The notes: generated from the letters alone by a model not told the origin. Shown: positions 10,118 through 19,585, counted from the stretch's first letter. The stretch is 32,000 bases of DNA from Trichodesmium erythraeum IMS101 (GCF_000014265.1 NC_008312.1:1020001-1052000); one strand, 5' to 3'. Numbers and translations: made by a program.

Positions 10118-10577
10118 TGTTTGGTTACCTTAATAAGAGTTGTATGGCTTTTATACTTATAGAATTTTTGATAGCTTCATTAAATAATGGTATTTTATAG
10201 CAAATTTCAACAATCAATGCTACAGCTACAAAGTTTGCTACCCTATCTCCAGGGTATTAATTTATTAGCTTGGTCATCATAGCTGAACTTTAAGTCAACT
10301 AAAAGCAAATTAGTATTATGATAATTTGCTTGAGGCGAATCCAATTGTATTATCTTGATTATGAGTGTAGGTCTGTCTTAAATGATTTATACCTTTCAAG
10401 TTTTATATATGTGGAGCCAACTTTTTTAGATTTTAGATTTTAACAGGATTTAAGGTTTACTCTGGAATTCTCTGAAATAAATTTAAATCTAGTATGTAGA
10501 ATAACTTTTAAATATTAGTAAGGGGGAATTAAATTATTTTTAACAAATTAAGATCTTGAGACTTTTCCAAAAGTGTA

Positions 10578-10606
10578 TTGACAGTAATATGACCAGTGAT
10601 TATACT
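10578..10606 (+). promoter_or_regulatory. Sigma70-type promoter candidate for the toxin-antitoxin operon
   Basis: TTGACA (10578-10583), a 17-nt spacer, then TATACT (10601-10606), about 25 nt upstream of the antitoxin ATG at 10632. An imperfect inverted repeat tatact/agtata spans the -10 region and leader and could be an operator. Confidence 0.4.
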
Positions 10607-10631
10607 AACAAGAAAGTCAAAGTATAGTTAT

Positions 10632-10886
10632 ATGGCCACTGTAAAAACTGCAATATCACTACAAGAGTATCTGTTTGAACAAGCTGAAGCAATAGCAGCA
10701 GAAATGAAAATTTCTAGAAGTCGTTTAATTGCCATTGCTCTAGAAGAGTTTATCCGTAGGCATCAAAATCGAATATTGCTAGAAAAAATAAATGCTGCTT
10801 ATGGAGATATTTCAGATACTGAAACATTAGCATCAAGAAGTACTATTCTTGAAAATCATAAAAGTATAATAGAGGACGAGTGTTAA
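10632..10886 (+). CDS. Ribbon-helix-helix (CopG/MetJ-like) type II antitoxin
   Basis: MATVKTAISLQEYLFEQAEAIAAEMKISRSRLIAIALEEFIRRHQ shows the beta-strand/helix-helix pattern of RHH antitoxins. Start set at ATG 10632, because the GTG at 10596 in the ORF track lies inside the predicted promoter. It overlaps the toxin gene by 7 nt. Confidence 0.7.
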   Translation: MATVKTAISLQEYLFEQAEAIAAEMKISRSRLIAIALEEFIRRHQNRILLEKINAAYGDISDTETLASRSTILENHKSIIEDEC

Positions 10887-11239
10887 TTAATCAGGGCGAT
10901 ATATTCTGGATAGAGTTAGGAGAACCATCCGGTTCTAAGACTAGCTATAGACATCCTCATGTTGTCATCCAAAACAATGTTTTTAATTTTAGTCTAATTA
11001 ATACTGTTGTTGTTTGTAGTTTAGGTTCTAATTTGAAACTTGCTGCAGTTCCTGGTAACATTGTGTTGTCACTAGGTGAGGCTAATTTACCAGATCAAAG
11101 AGTTGTAAATATATCCCAAATATTTACAGTTGAAAAAGCTAAACTAATAGATAAAATAGGTACTCTTTCACCAGAGAGAATAGAACAGATATTAAATGGA
11201 GTAGAACTTTTACTCAAACCAACAGATATGGAATCATAA
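10880..11239 (+). CDS. PemK/MazF-family type II toxin (endoribonuclease)
   Basis: GDIFWIELGEPSGSK...RHPHVVIQNNVFN...VVVCSLGSN...ISQIFTVEKAKLIDKIGTLSPERIEQI matches the MazF/PemK fold signature. GTG start overlaps the antitoxin stop. Confidence 0.75.
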   Translation: MLINQGDIFWIELGEPSGSKTSYRHPHVVIQNNVFNFSLINTVVVCSLGSNLKLAAVPGNIVLSLGEANLPDQRVVNISQIFTVEKAKLIDKIGTLSPERIEQILNGVELLLKPTDMES

Positions 11240-11501
11240 ATTATTTTTTTTAGCTTTTGCTAATAACTTTATTTCCTTGATTTAATTATCAGTAATATTC
11301 AGTTCATTATTTAGGTATAGTTATTGTCAATAAATTAGGGATATTTGCCAAGGTATAAAAAATTAGTTATTTATATCCCTACTACATTTATTTTTTTACC
11401 TATTTTAAAGAATGTATAGTATTTTTAACGAATATATCAGGCAAAGCAAAGATTAGGACATTTATAAATGCTTATGACAATCGCCAGGGATTGCTTCTAA
11501 C

Positions 11502-12680
11502 TTATAAACTTACCTTAATGCCATATTCTATATCAGTATAAAATGACTGAAGTAACTTTGTATTTTCCTGCCAGTTAAGATGAGTTTTGGCAAAATTAAC
11601 TGCTCCCTCACTTAACTTTTTATAATTAGAATCAACATTCAACAATTTTTTCACAGAATCAACAATATTAACTGCATCAACCACAGGTAAAACTAAAGCA
11701 TCTTTGTGATTTTCCATGACCAAACCAATATTAGTAGCAGGCAAAATTACAGGTTTACCCATTGCTAAAAATTCCGGCAATTTACAAGGGAAACGATAAT
11801 CATTAAATTTATCAGGTCTACCTGGTTGAATTAACACACTTGCTAAAGCTAAAATTTCTGGCATTAAACTCCGGTCTACATATCCTAATTCAATAGCATG
11901 TTGTCTTGCCCAACTATCATCATCTCCCAAAAAATTACAGAAATCTCTACCAGTTCTAATTAAAACTGCAGGTTGACCTTCTCGGTTTAATATTGCCACT
12001 GCTAAATATAAACTTCTCACCTCATAGGTATTAGCAGCATGAACATTTCCAGTGTAAGAAAAAACCAGACTATTGTCAGGGACACCAAATTTTTTAGCTA
12101 TTTCTGGATTAGAATTTCTCGGATAAAAATGCTCAGTTTCTACACCAGGCCATAAAATTAAACTCGGCACATTATTGGGCACAAATTTTTTTAATTTTTC
12201 AATAATAACTGTCACTCCATCCGCACTTGCGAGAAATTCCTGATATTTTTGAGGATGAGAAAGATTATCAGGAATTTCCAGACTTCCATTAGCAGTAATA
12301 ATTTCTTCAAAAGGTTTATTTAAGTATTTTTCTAAGACATGTTCCTCATTATCTTCCAAGTGAATAACTAACTTAAAGTCATAAATTTTCCGGAGTTTAT
12401 AGCAGTAATTTCTAGTAACTTCCCTAGGAGTCCAAACATGAATAATATCCGGTCCTTGTTGATTTTTAAAGCATTCATTTAAGCGATAAAATTCTCCATA
12501 TTCTGTCACTTGATACAAATTTGCTAAATGTTTTCCGACCATTGAAACAGTCTGTTTATTTTTAGGTACAGCTACCACACAATCAAAACCCAATTTAACC
12601 AAATTATTAGCAAAATGATGCACATGCAGCGCACTATTAGAATGGAAATCTTCGTACAGAACAAATAAAATATTTTTCAT
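11502..12680 (-). CDS. Glycosyltransferase (GT-B fold, family 1/4-like)
   Basis: 392-aa ORF with ATG start. The C-terminal half resembles GT1/GT4 donor-binding regions (FSYTGNVHAAN, LIQPGRPDKFNDYRFPCKLPEFLAMGKPVILP). Acceptor specificity is unknown. Confidence 0.7.
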   Translation of the reverse strand: MKNILFVLYEDFHSNSALHVHHFANNLVKLGFDCVVAVPKNKQTVSMVGKHLANLYQVTEYGEFYRLNECFKNQQGPDIIHVWTPREVTRNYCYKLRKIYDFKLVIHLEDNEEHVLEKYLNKPFEEIITANGSLEIPDNLSHPQKYQEFLASADGVTVIIEKLKKFVPNNVPSLILWPGVETEHFYPRNSNPEIAKKFGVPDNSLVFSYTGNVHAANTYEVRSLYLAVAILNREGQPAVLIRTGRDFCNFLGDDDSWARQHAIELGYVDRSLMPEILALASVLIQPGRPDKFNDYRFPCKLPEFLAMGKPVILPATNIGLVMENHKDALVLPVVDAVNIVDSVKKLLNVDSNYKKLSEGAVNFAKTHLNWQENTKLLQSFYTDIEYGIKVSL

Positions 12681-12924
12681 TAAAACTATATCTGGGAAAG
12701 TTAGATTTTTATTAACAGTATTTTTAAGTGATTTTATTGATAGTAATTCCTACACTTTATGAGCTACAATAATAACAATGTATAAACTTGTCATGAATGT
12801 TTTTTTGGTAATTTGTAACAGATCTTAGGTAATAGATGGATTAAATATTTATCCTTTCTATTCATAATATTTTTTTTTAAGAATAGCTAGAACCATTAAT
12901 AGTAAATATTAATAAAGGGAAAAT

Positions 12925-13714
12925 TTCGGGATCGGCAAGAGGTCAATATAAGGAATAATAAACTCTTCAATAACTGCTCTGGCTATCTCTTAATAATGAA
13001 TTTTGGCATTATCCATTATCACACAAGGTTTTATCCATAGTAATAGGAATACCTCTTAAACTATAAAAGCTTTCCTAAAGAATGAAATCTACTTCAAAAT
13101 TACTTCATACACTGCTACATAATTATTAACTTTATGCCAAAACTTTTTTTCTTAGATTTAAGCCACTCAATGCCGAAATATTTTGCCCTTGCCCGTTGAG
13201 TTTTTCTCCTCTAGCCCTTGTTCTTTTTTATCCCCTAGATCATGGAAAAAAGTGCCTTACTAGATTCATTCCTAATTGATCTAGAACAGAAAAACTAAAT
13301 TATCTAATTCTTATCCTCTGACTATTCCCTAAAAATCTGCCCTTTTATATGGCATTTAATACTTTCTTTTAACGTATAGTTCAATTTTTTACCTCTTATT
13401 ACCATTATACTTTTTCTCTCTTTAACTTCTGTGGCAGCCTCCATTAAATTACATAATTATTCATTAGTTAAATGATTATTTTTATCCATTATTTCTATTA
13501 AGATTAATAATTCTTAACTATTTAATTTAGAAGGAATACTTCCTCCTCGAGTTAAAGGTCTAATATCTCCAGTTTCTTGATATTTTTTGATTAATTTTTG
13601 AATAAAACTTTTACTAACTCCAAACCTTTGAGCTAGTTTTCTTATGGAAATTTTTTCTTTTTCCCAAATTTCGATAATTTTTTTTCTTAAGTCTATAGAA
13701 TAAGGTTTCATCAA
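12925..13714 (-). pseudogene. IS630/Tc1-mariner-family transposase relic (intact HTH ORF followed by a decayed DDE part)
   Basis: The 13514-13714 ORF (MKPYSIDLRKKIIEIWEKEKISIRKLAQRFGVSKSFIQKLIKKYQETGDIRP) is a typical IS630 N-terminal HTH. Downstream on the minus strand, broken frames still read LTNE.LCNLMEAATEVK... and DNAKIHY (13013-12993). The whole relic is about 300 bp shorter than an intact element. I could not identify terminal inverted repeats. Confidence 0.6.
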
Positions 13715-14057
13715 TTTTATTTTAAATTTATGGCCATAAATACTATACCTCTTAGTCTACCATTAGACTCTGGGAATTACTATATCTAGTTAAATCCAGT
13801 TTGGCATTTACCACAAACAAGTAAACTGCAATCCATATATATTAAGCTTTTCTCAACTAAAATATATGATCTATAGTAATTGGATTTGGTATGATAGAGA
13901 GCGTTTATTATAGAACTGATATGGCATATTTTTCAAGTCTTATTAGCTTCTTTATTACAAGAAAATCAACTAAAACGTTGCCTTAAAAGCTTAAAGCTTT
14001 GAGGCTTTAGATAAAATTTTTCGGTCAAATAAAATACATAATTATGGAGAAAAATTA

Positions 14058-15113
14058 ATGGATCTAGTCAAACTCCAAAAGTCATTGGACAACATCTCGT
14101 TTGGTATCTTGTTTGCCACAATGCTTATTTATTGGTTGGGTGCTGCTTTTCCTCGTATCCCCTATCTCTCAATTTTAGGTTCTACAGGAATGGCGATCGC
14201 TAATCTCTGTATTGCCACATTACTCGGAGCTCGCTGGTTAGAAGCTAGTTATTTCCCTATTAGCAATTTGTACGAATCTTTATTTTTCTTGACATGGGGA
14301 ATTACCACTATTCATCTTATAGCTGAAAATATGAGTGGCGCTCGCCTGGTTGGAGTATTTACCTCTCCAATTGCTATGGGTATTTCTGCTTTTGCTGCCC
14401 TAACTTTACCCTCCAATATGCAGATATCTGAGCCCTTGGTGCCTGCTCTAAAATCTAATTGGTTGATGATGCACGTTAGTGTCATGATGTTGAGTTATGC
14501 AACCCTTATAGTAGGGGCATTATTGGCTATCGCTTTTCTTATAATAACCAGTGGCCAAAAAGTTGAACTTAGTGGTAGTTCTTTTGGCACTCGTTCTTCT
14601 AGAAATAATCATTTTGTGAAGTATCAAAAAAATTGGCAACTACAAAAAGAAAGACCATTACTGAAGGAAATCAAAAACAACTATAAACCTTTTCCCCAAT
14701 CTACAAAAAATGACCATAGTCAAACTTCAGTCTTGGAAATAACCGAGGTTACTCAAAAAGTTGATCCAGAAATAATACTTTCACCAGAACGTTTAAATAT
14801 TGCTCAAATCCTAGATAACATTAGCTATCGTATCATTGGTTTAGGATTCCCACTACTAACTATTGGAATTATTGCTGGAGCAGTTTGGGCAAATGAAGCT
14901 TGGGGTTCTTATTGGAGTTGGGACCCAAAAGAAACTTGGGCTTTAATTACTTGGTTAGTGTTTGCAGCTTATCTTCATGCCCGTATTACTAAAGGATGGC
15001 AAGGGCGAAAACCTGCTATTTTGGCCGCTACTGGATTTGCTGTAGTCTGGGTATGTTATTTAGGAGTAAATCTTTTAGGTAAAGGTTTACATTCTTATGG
15101 TTGGTTTTTGTGA
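14058..15113 (+). CDS. ccsA: Cytochrome c biogenesis protein CcsA (System II heme-handling/synthase subunit)
   Basis: Polytopic protein with the WWD-type tryptophan-rich motif [19 protein letters not shown] and conserved His residues. GGAG lies 9 nt upstream of ATG 14058. Confidence 0.9.
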   Translation: MDLVKLQKSLDNISFGILFATMLIYWLGAAFPRIPYLSILGSTGMAIANLCIATLLGARWLEASYFPISNLYESLFFLTWGITTIHLIAENMSGARLVGVFTSPIAMGISAFAALTLPSNMQISEPLVPALKSNWLMMHVSVMMLSYATLIVGALLAIAFLIITSGQKVELSGSSFGTRSSRNNHFVKYQKNWQLQKERPLLKEIKNNYKPFPQSTKNDHSQTSVLEITEVTQKVDPEIILSPERLNIAQILDNISYRIIGLGFPLLTIGIIAGAVWANEAWGSYWSWDPKETWALITWLVFAAYLHARITKGWQGRKPAILAATGFAVVWVCYLGVNLLGKGLHSYGWFL

Positions 15114-15472
15114 CATTCTCCCGACCCCGACTTCTGAAGGATAAAGCGCGGGCTTCCAATATCACTCTTAGACATTCCTATCCTACGCCACTGATCTAGG
15201 TAAAAATGCTCTCGACAGCCCGAAGCTTAGGTAAAAATTTAGGAAATCATAAGGACTTTATTTGTCCATACTTTTTGATCTAAGGAAATCCATAATCTAA
15301 CTTTTGAAAAAAAGTCCCAAGCATTGTGCAATCTTCGAATAGTTATCTGCAACATCTCAGAGAGAAACAACCCTAGTAGTGGAAACTGCTTGTTGCCCTT
15401 GGGGAGGTTATTTTGCTGTTTGTGATATCCATAGAACAGATAATTAACCCTCATAATATACCCACACTCCAA
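15114..15472 (-). pseudogene. IS200/IS605-family TnpB (OrfB) relic with a large internal deletion
   Basis: The minus-strand ORF 15239-15472 reads RVNYLFYGYHKQQNN...PLLGLFLSEMLQITIRRLHNAWDFF. This matches the TnpB N-terminus (YxFRxYPxxxQ ... WLxEVxSxxLQxxLxxLxxAxxNFF). The 15114-15238 segment resembles a TnpB 3' tail (..[15 protein letters not shown]). The roughly 900-nt catalytic middle is absent. Confidence 0.5.
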
Positions 15473-15816
15473 ACGACACCTGCTTATTGGGCACTTTCAT
15501 GAAGCAATTTAATCCTTGAGTTCCCGAAAAGTATACTTATAAAAACTATGACAGGTTTCGAGTCATTCATTCAATAACTCGACCTATTTTTCTTAGGGAT
15601 AAATTAGATAAGTGTAGTTGAGGGCTATCAGAGCTCAAGTGATACCAAAAAAACAATTACAGTAAATGCTGATTTTAGCCTCTCAACTCAGGTCAAATAT
15701 GCTTAGGGGAGTCCATGTATACTGACGCCAAATGGTAGATTATGAGATGTACTCCTTATTCCCTTTTTTTTTAATTCTTACCTTATTTCACTCAAAATAA
15801 ATTCTAGATAATTATT

Positions 15817-16140
15817 ATGGAAACTGAGGTTAATCTACTAAGTAATGATGATGTTTTGTCTACAGGTGCGAGTATTTTGATGTTTCAATGTACATTTAAA
15901 GTTAGTGAATATATAACTATGATTTTAGCAAAACTAGAGTCGGAAAACCTATTTGAAGATGGGTTAGAATGTCAATTATTAAAACCTGGTTATTACTGGA
16001 GAAAAGGAAAGGTAAAACTTCGTTTAGAATTTCTGACAGAAACTTCTGATACTGTTTCAAAAAAATGGTTGTCTCGAAGTGTTGTTAGTTCTATTAGTTA
16101 TCCTGAAGAAGTTGTAGAAGATGTAGGAATGTGGAGTTAA
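15817..16140 (+). CDS. KGK-domain protein (cyanobacteria-specific family of unknown function)
   Basis: 107 aa. NDDVLSTG...CTFKVSEY...FEDGLECQLLKPGYYWRKGKVKLRLEFLTE matches my recollection of the KGK domain (PF08872: DDVL, TFKVS, W.KGKV...EF). ATG start. Same strand as the methyltransferase gene and 135 nt upstream of it. Confidence 0.65.
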   Translation: METEVNLLSNDDVLSTGASILMFQCTFKVSEYITMILAKLESENLFEDGLECQLLKPGYYWRKGKVKLRLEFLTETSDTVSKKWLSRSVVSSISYPEEVVEDVGMWS

Positions 16141-16275
16141 ATTTCAATAGATTATCAATGTTGAGTTAGTAGTTTTTATAGTGTTGCTCAAGTTACTGGA
16201 ATACAGTTTTTTTCTTCTTTTCTATTCCCTGCTTCTCAAATTACTATTCCCTATTCCTTACTCCCTAAAATAGCA

Positions 16276-18555
16276 ATGGAAAATGAACTTAATTTTCAAA
16301 AAAAAAGTAGCTATGAACTCCTACTCTATTTGGCTTTAAATATAAAAAACTTTCAAATATCGCCTAAAATAAAATTAGAAACTGACTTACCCCAGAAAGT
16401 TAGAGACGATATCAAAACTTATTTTTGTACTTATAAGTCTGCTTGTCAATTTGCTAATCAAATATTTTTAGAAGTTTATCAACCAGGAGCGATTAAAAAG
16501 TACTGTCAACAAAGTAAAATAGGGAAAAAATTACCAACTGCTCTTTATATTCATATTTCTGCAGTTGAACAACTTCATCCCTTACTGCGACTCTACGAAA
16601 ATTTAGCTCATCATTTATATTATAAAGCAGTTTCTAGAGAAAAAACTGATGCTAAAATTACCACATTAATAAAGTTTAATTTTGACAAACCAACAATTTC
16701 TTATTTACATTATCCAGATTTTGATATTGACCCTCATCCTGCCTTAAAAACTAGCATTTCCATTAATATGAATAATGGAAAAGTTGAGCATAGAAACTAC
16801 AGTAATCATAAAAACCCTCCCGTTTTGCATCGGAAAGAAACTTTTGTTACTCCTAAATATCCCCAATACGAAAAATTCGCTAAGTTAACTTCTGATGAGG
16901 TTCAACTAGGACTATTAGATAATACTTGTTTAATTGGTACTCGTCAAGGATGGTTAACGCACCTCAAAAATCATGGAATAGAAATTCAAGATCATCATGT
17001 TATTCAGCATACTATTGAGATGCCAATTCCTCAAATAAAACGTCATAAAGCTGCTATAGTTCGTAAACAAATTTCTAAACCAGTACGTTTAGCTATAGAA
17101 GCAAATCTATTTACAGAAGGTAGAACTTTTTTTGACTATGGTTGTGGCTATGGTGAGGATATCAAATATATTGCTAAAAAAGGTTATTTAAGTGCGGGTT
17201 GGGACCCCTATTATTTGCCAGAAACTCCTTGTATTGCTGCTGATATTGTTAATCTTGGTTATGTAATTAATGTAATAGAATCTTTGACAGAACGTAGGGA
17301 AGCTTTGATTAAATCTTGGGGGTTAACTAAACAAATTTTAATTGTTTCTGCTATGGTGCTAATTGATGATAGTAAAACTGAGGGAAAACTTGCTTATGGA
17401 GATGGCATAATTACAGCTCGTAAGACTTTTCAAAAATATTATGAACAGGAAGAATTAAAATCTTATATTGACCAAGTGTTGAATGTAGATTCGATTCCTA
17501 TTGATTTAGGAATTTTCTTTGTTTTTAAAGATGAAGCAGAAGCTCAAAATTTTCGGGCTTCTCGCTTAAAAAGTCGTTTATTAACCCCAAGAATAAGTTG
17601 CAAAAATAAGCGGTTTGAAGATTATGAAGAACAGCTTATTCCTTTAATGAATTTTATGAGCGATCGCGGTCGTCTACCATTCAGGGGAGAACTTGTGGAA
17701 GAGACAGATTTAATTGCAGAGTTTGGTACTTTTCGTCGTGCATTTCAAGTGATTATGCAAGTAACAAACTATCAAGAATGGGATGAAATAACAGATAAAC
17801 GTCGTCAAGATTTGTTGGTATATATAGCCTTGACTAAGTTTGGTAATAGACCTAAGTTTTCCCAATTATCAGTAGTAGTCAGAAATGATATTAAAGCTTT
17901 ATTTGGTAGTTACACTAAAGCCTGTACTTTAGGTGATTTAATGTTATTTAGTTTGGGTAATTCTGACTTGATAAGTAAATGTTGTAAAAATAGTTTTATT
18001 GGTTATAAATATACTAATTCTCTATTGGTTCATATTTCTGCTGTTCCAAAACTTGATCCCTTGCTGCGACTTTATGAAGGTTGTGCTAATCGAACAATTG
18101 GTAGGTTAAATGAGGCAACTATCGTTAAATTTTATTATAAATTACCAATAATATCTTATTTATTTTACCCCGATTTTGATACGGAAGCTCATCCAGTTTT
18201 ACGTACAAGAATGAATATTGATTTGCGAGACTTGAGTGTTAGCTATGAGGATTATAAAAATGAATATAATCCACCAATTTTGCACAGAAAAGATGCTTTA
18301 GTAACTTCAGATTATCCCCACTATGAAAAGTTTACTAAACTTACATTACAAGAAGAAGATAGAGGGCTTTTAAATAATTTAAAACAAATTCAAAATAGAC
18401 TGGGATGGCTAAAATGTTTAGAGGAAAATTTTGCAGAAATTAAAGGTCATCGTGTTTATTGGCGTACTAATGTTGACCCTTATCAGTTAAAAATATTAAA
18501 GTCTGCTGATGCTGCTCGGAAGCGCAGAAGAAAACAACAACTAAATCAGAAATGA
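16276..18555 (+). CDS. SAM-dependent methyltransferase of the 'DNA phosphorothioation-associated putative methyltransferase' type (TIGR04096-like) with an extra N-terminal copy of the family's C-terminal domain
   Basis: The middle (aa about 255-430) has KRHKAAIVRKQISKPVRLAIEANLF, motif I FFDYGCGYGEDI, WDPYY, NLGYVINVIES and FQKYYEQEELK. aa 512-730 carry HISAVPKLDPLLRLYEGCA, YPDFD..HP, NPPILHRKD and YPHYEKFTKLT. aa 14-243 are a roughly 40% identical second copy (HISAVEQLHPLLRLYENLA, YPDFD..HP, NPPVLHRKE, YPQYEKFAKLT). Basic C-terminal tail. Confidence 0.75.
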   Translation: MENELNFQKKSSYELLLYLALNIKNFQISPKIKLETDLPQKVRDDIKTYFCTYKSACQFANQIFLEVYQPGAIKKYCQQSKIGKKLPTALYIHISAVEQLHPLLRLYENLAHHLYYKAVSREKTDAKITTLIKFNFDKPTISYLHYPDFDIDPHPALKTSISINMNNGKVEHRNYSNHKNPPVLHRKETFVTPKYPQYEKFAKLTSDEVQLGLLDNTCLIGTRQGWLTHLKNHGIEIQDHHVIQHTIEMPIPQIKRHKAAIVRKQISKPVRLAIEANLFTEGRTFFDYGCGYGEDIKYIAKKGYLSAGWDPYYLPETPCIAADIVNLGYVINVIESLTERREALIKSWGLTKQILIVSAMVLIDDSKTEGKLAYGDGIITARKTFQKYYEQEELKSYIDQVLNVDSIPIDLGIFFVFKDEAEAQNFRASRLKSRLLTPRISCKNKRFEDYEEQLIPLMNFMSDRGRLPFRGELVEETDLIAEFGTFRRAFQVIMQVTNYQEWDEITDKRRQDLLVYIALTKFGNRPKFSQLSVVVRNDIKALFGSYTKACTLGDLMLFSLGNSDLISKCCKNSFIGYKYTNSLLVHISAVPKLDPLLRLYEGCANRTIGRLNEATIVKFYYKLPIISYLFYPDFDTEAHPVLRTRMNIDLRDLSVSYEDYKNEYNPPILHRKDALVTSDYPHYEKFTKLTLQEEDRGLLNNLKQIQNRLGWLKCLEENFAEIKGHRVYWRTNVDPYQLKILKSADAARKRRRKQQLNQK

Positions 18556-19585
18556 AAATTTAGCAGTTGAAGATGTTTTATACCAAGCGTCAAAAAGAAT
18601 GTTATAAGTAGTTTCAAACTATATATATCGAATAACTTCCTCAAATGACTGAGAGGGTTAAAGTTTGGAATTTTCAAATCTTAATATATGAATATATAAC
18701 TTCTATGAAGTGTAATTAGATATAGCAATTTTTATTTCTGAGTGAGCTACAAAATTCATTTATTTTACAAGCCAAAGAGTAGCTGGGGAGATTATATGCA
18801 ATGTACATTATTAATAAGCACCTAAACAAAATTGTTGACCTATTTGATGTGAGACTTGTATTATAATAGATGAAGGCTAAAAATAATTTGTAATTAATCT
18901 TGTGTACCTGCTATTTTCTGGGGGTTTTAGGGGAATTCAAAAAATAAAAACACTATACCTCACTAATTTGATAAACCTTATAAAAATTAATACTCAGCTA
19001 TCACTCTATTGCTCATACAAAATCTGAAAAAATTTGTATATATTCTGAAAAAAATGCTTAGTAGTAAGTATGATAACAATAGTGAAAAAAATGCAACATT
19101 TTCTAGAGATTAGGGAGTAGGGTTTTAGAATAAACATTAATCACGCTCTTTACTAATAAATCTCTACAGAAATTACTCTTACTGACTTATTACTTAATGA
19201 TTAAAATCTTGAGAGAATATTGGAGGAAATCGTTATTATATCAGGTCTCATTAATTAGCTATAATAAATTGTCTAACTTGAGTAATATTTGGGTGATTTG
19301 TATTATTCAGACCAGAAGTTTATTTCTTGATAAATTAACAATATGATAGTTTAAAATATAGAGTTTTTTTTAAATGATATATAAATTTATATTCAAGTTT
19401 TTTTTGATCAAAGAATGTTGTATTAAATACTCAAAATTTATATTGTTAACCACTATTTAATGCTTTTTCCCTTGTTTTCTATTGCCAGAGTGCCTCAAAC
19501 CTATTCTCTTTTTAATAGTACTCGGTTTTTATACTCCATATAAAAACTTTACATATTAACAAGATATAAACTATAACTAAAACAA

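Noticed and set aside
10303-10331. Perfect 10-bp inverted repeat aagcaaatta-9nt-taatttgctt upstream of ccdA
   Set aside because: It has no adjacent T-tract on either strand and no gene ending next to it, so it is not a convincing terminator. It may be a binding site, but the sequence alone gives nothing to support that.
12880-13790. Terminal inverted repeats and a TA duplication for the IS630 relic
   Set aside because: I compared the candidate ends (about 12880-12910 and 13715-13790) by eye and found only short, unconvincing matches. The element boundaries remain undefined.
15545-15575. T-arm-like ggtttcgagtc suggesting a tRNA
   Set aside because: The flanking sequence cannot form an acceptor stem, D-arm or anticodon arm. 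I found no tRNA, rRNA or tmRNA-like structure anywhere in the window.
16813-16836. NPPV (and NPPI at about 18268-18291) as a candidate (D/N)PP(Y/F/W) catalytic motif IV of an amino-methyltransferase
   Set aside because: The fourth residue is aliphatic rather than aromatic. The motif also lies in the duplicated flanking domain, outside the Rossmann-fold region that carries motif I (FDYGCGYG). It is probably just a conserved feature of the unknown domain.
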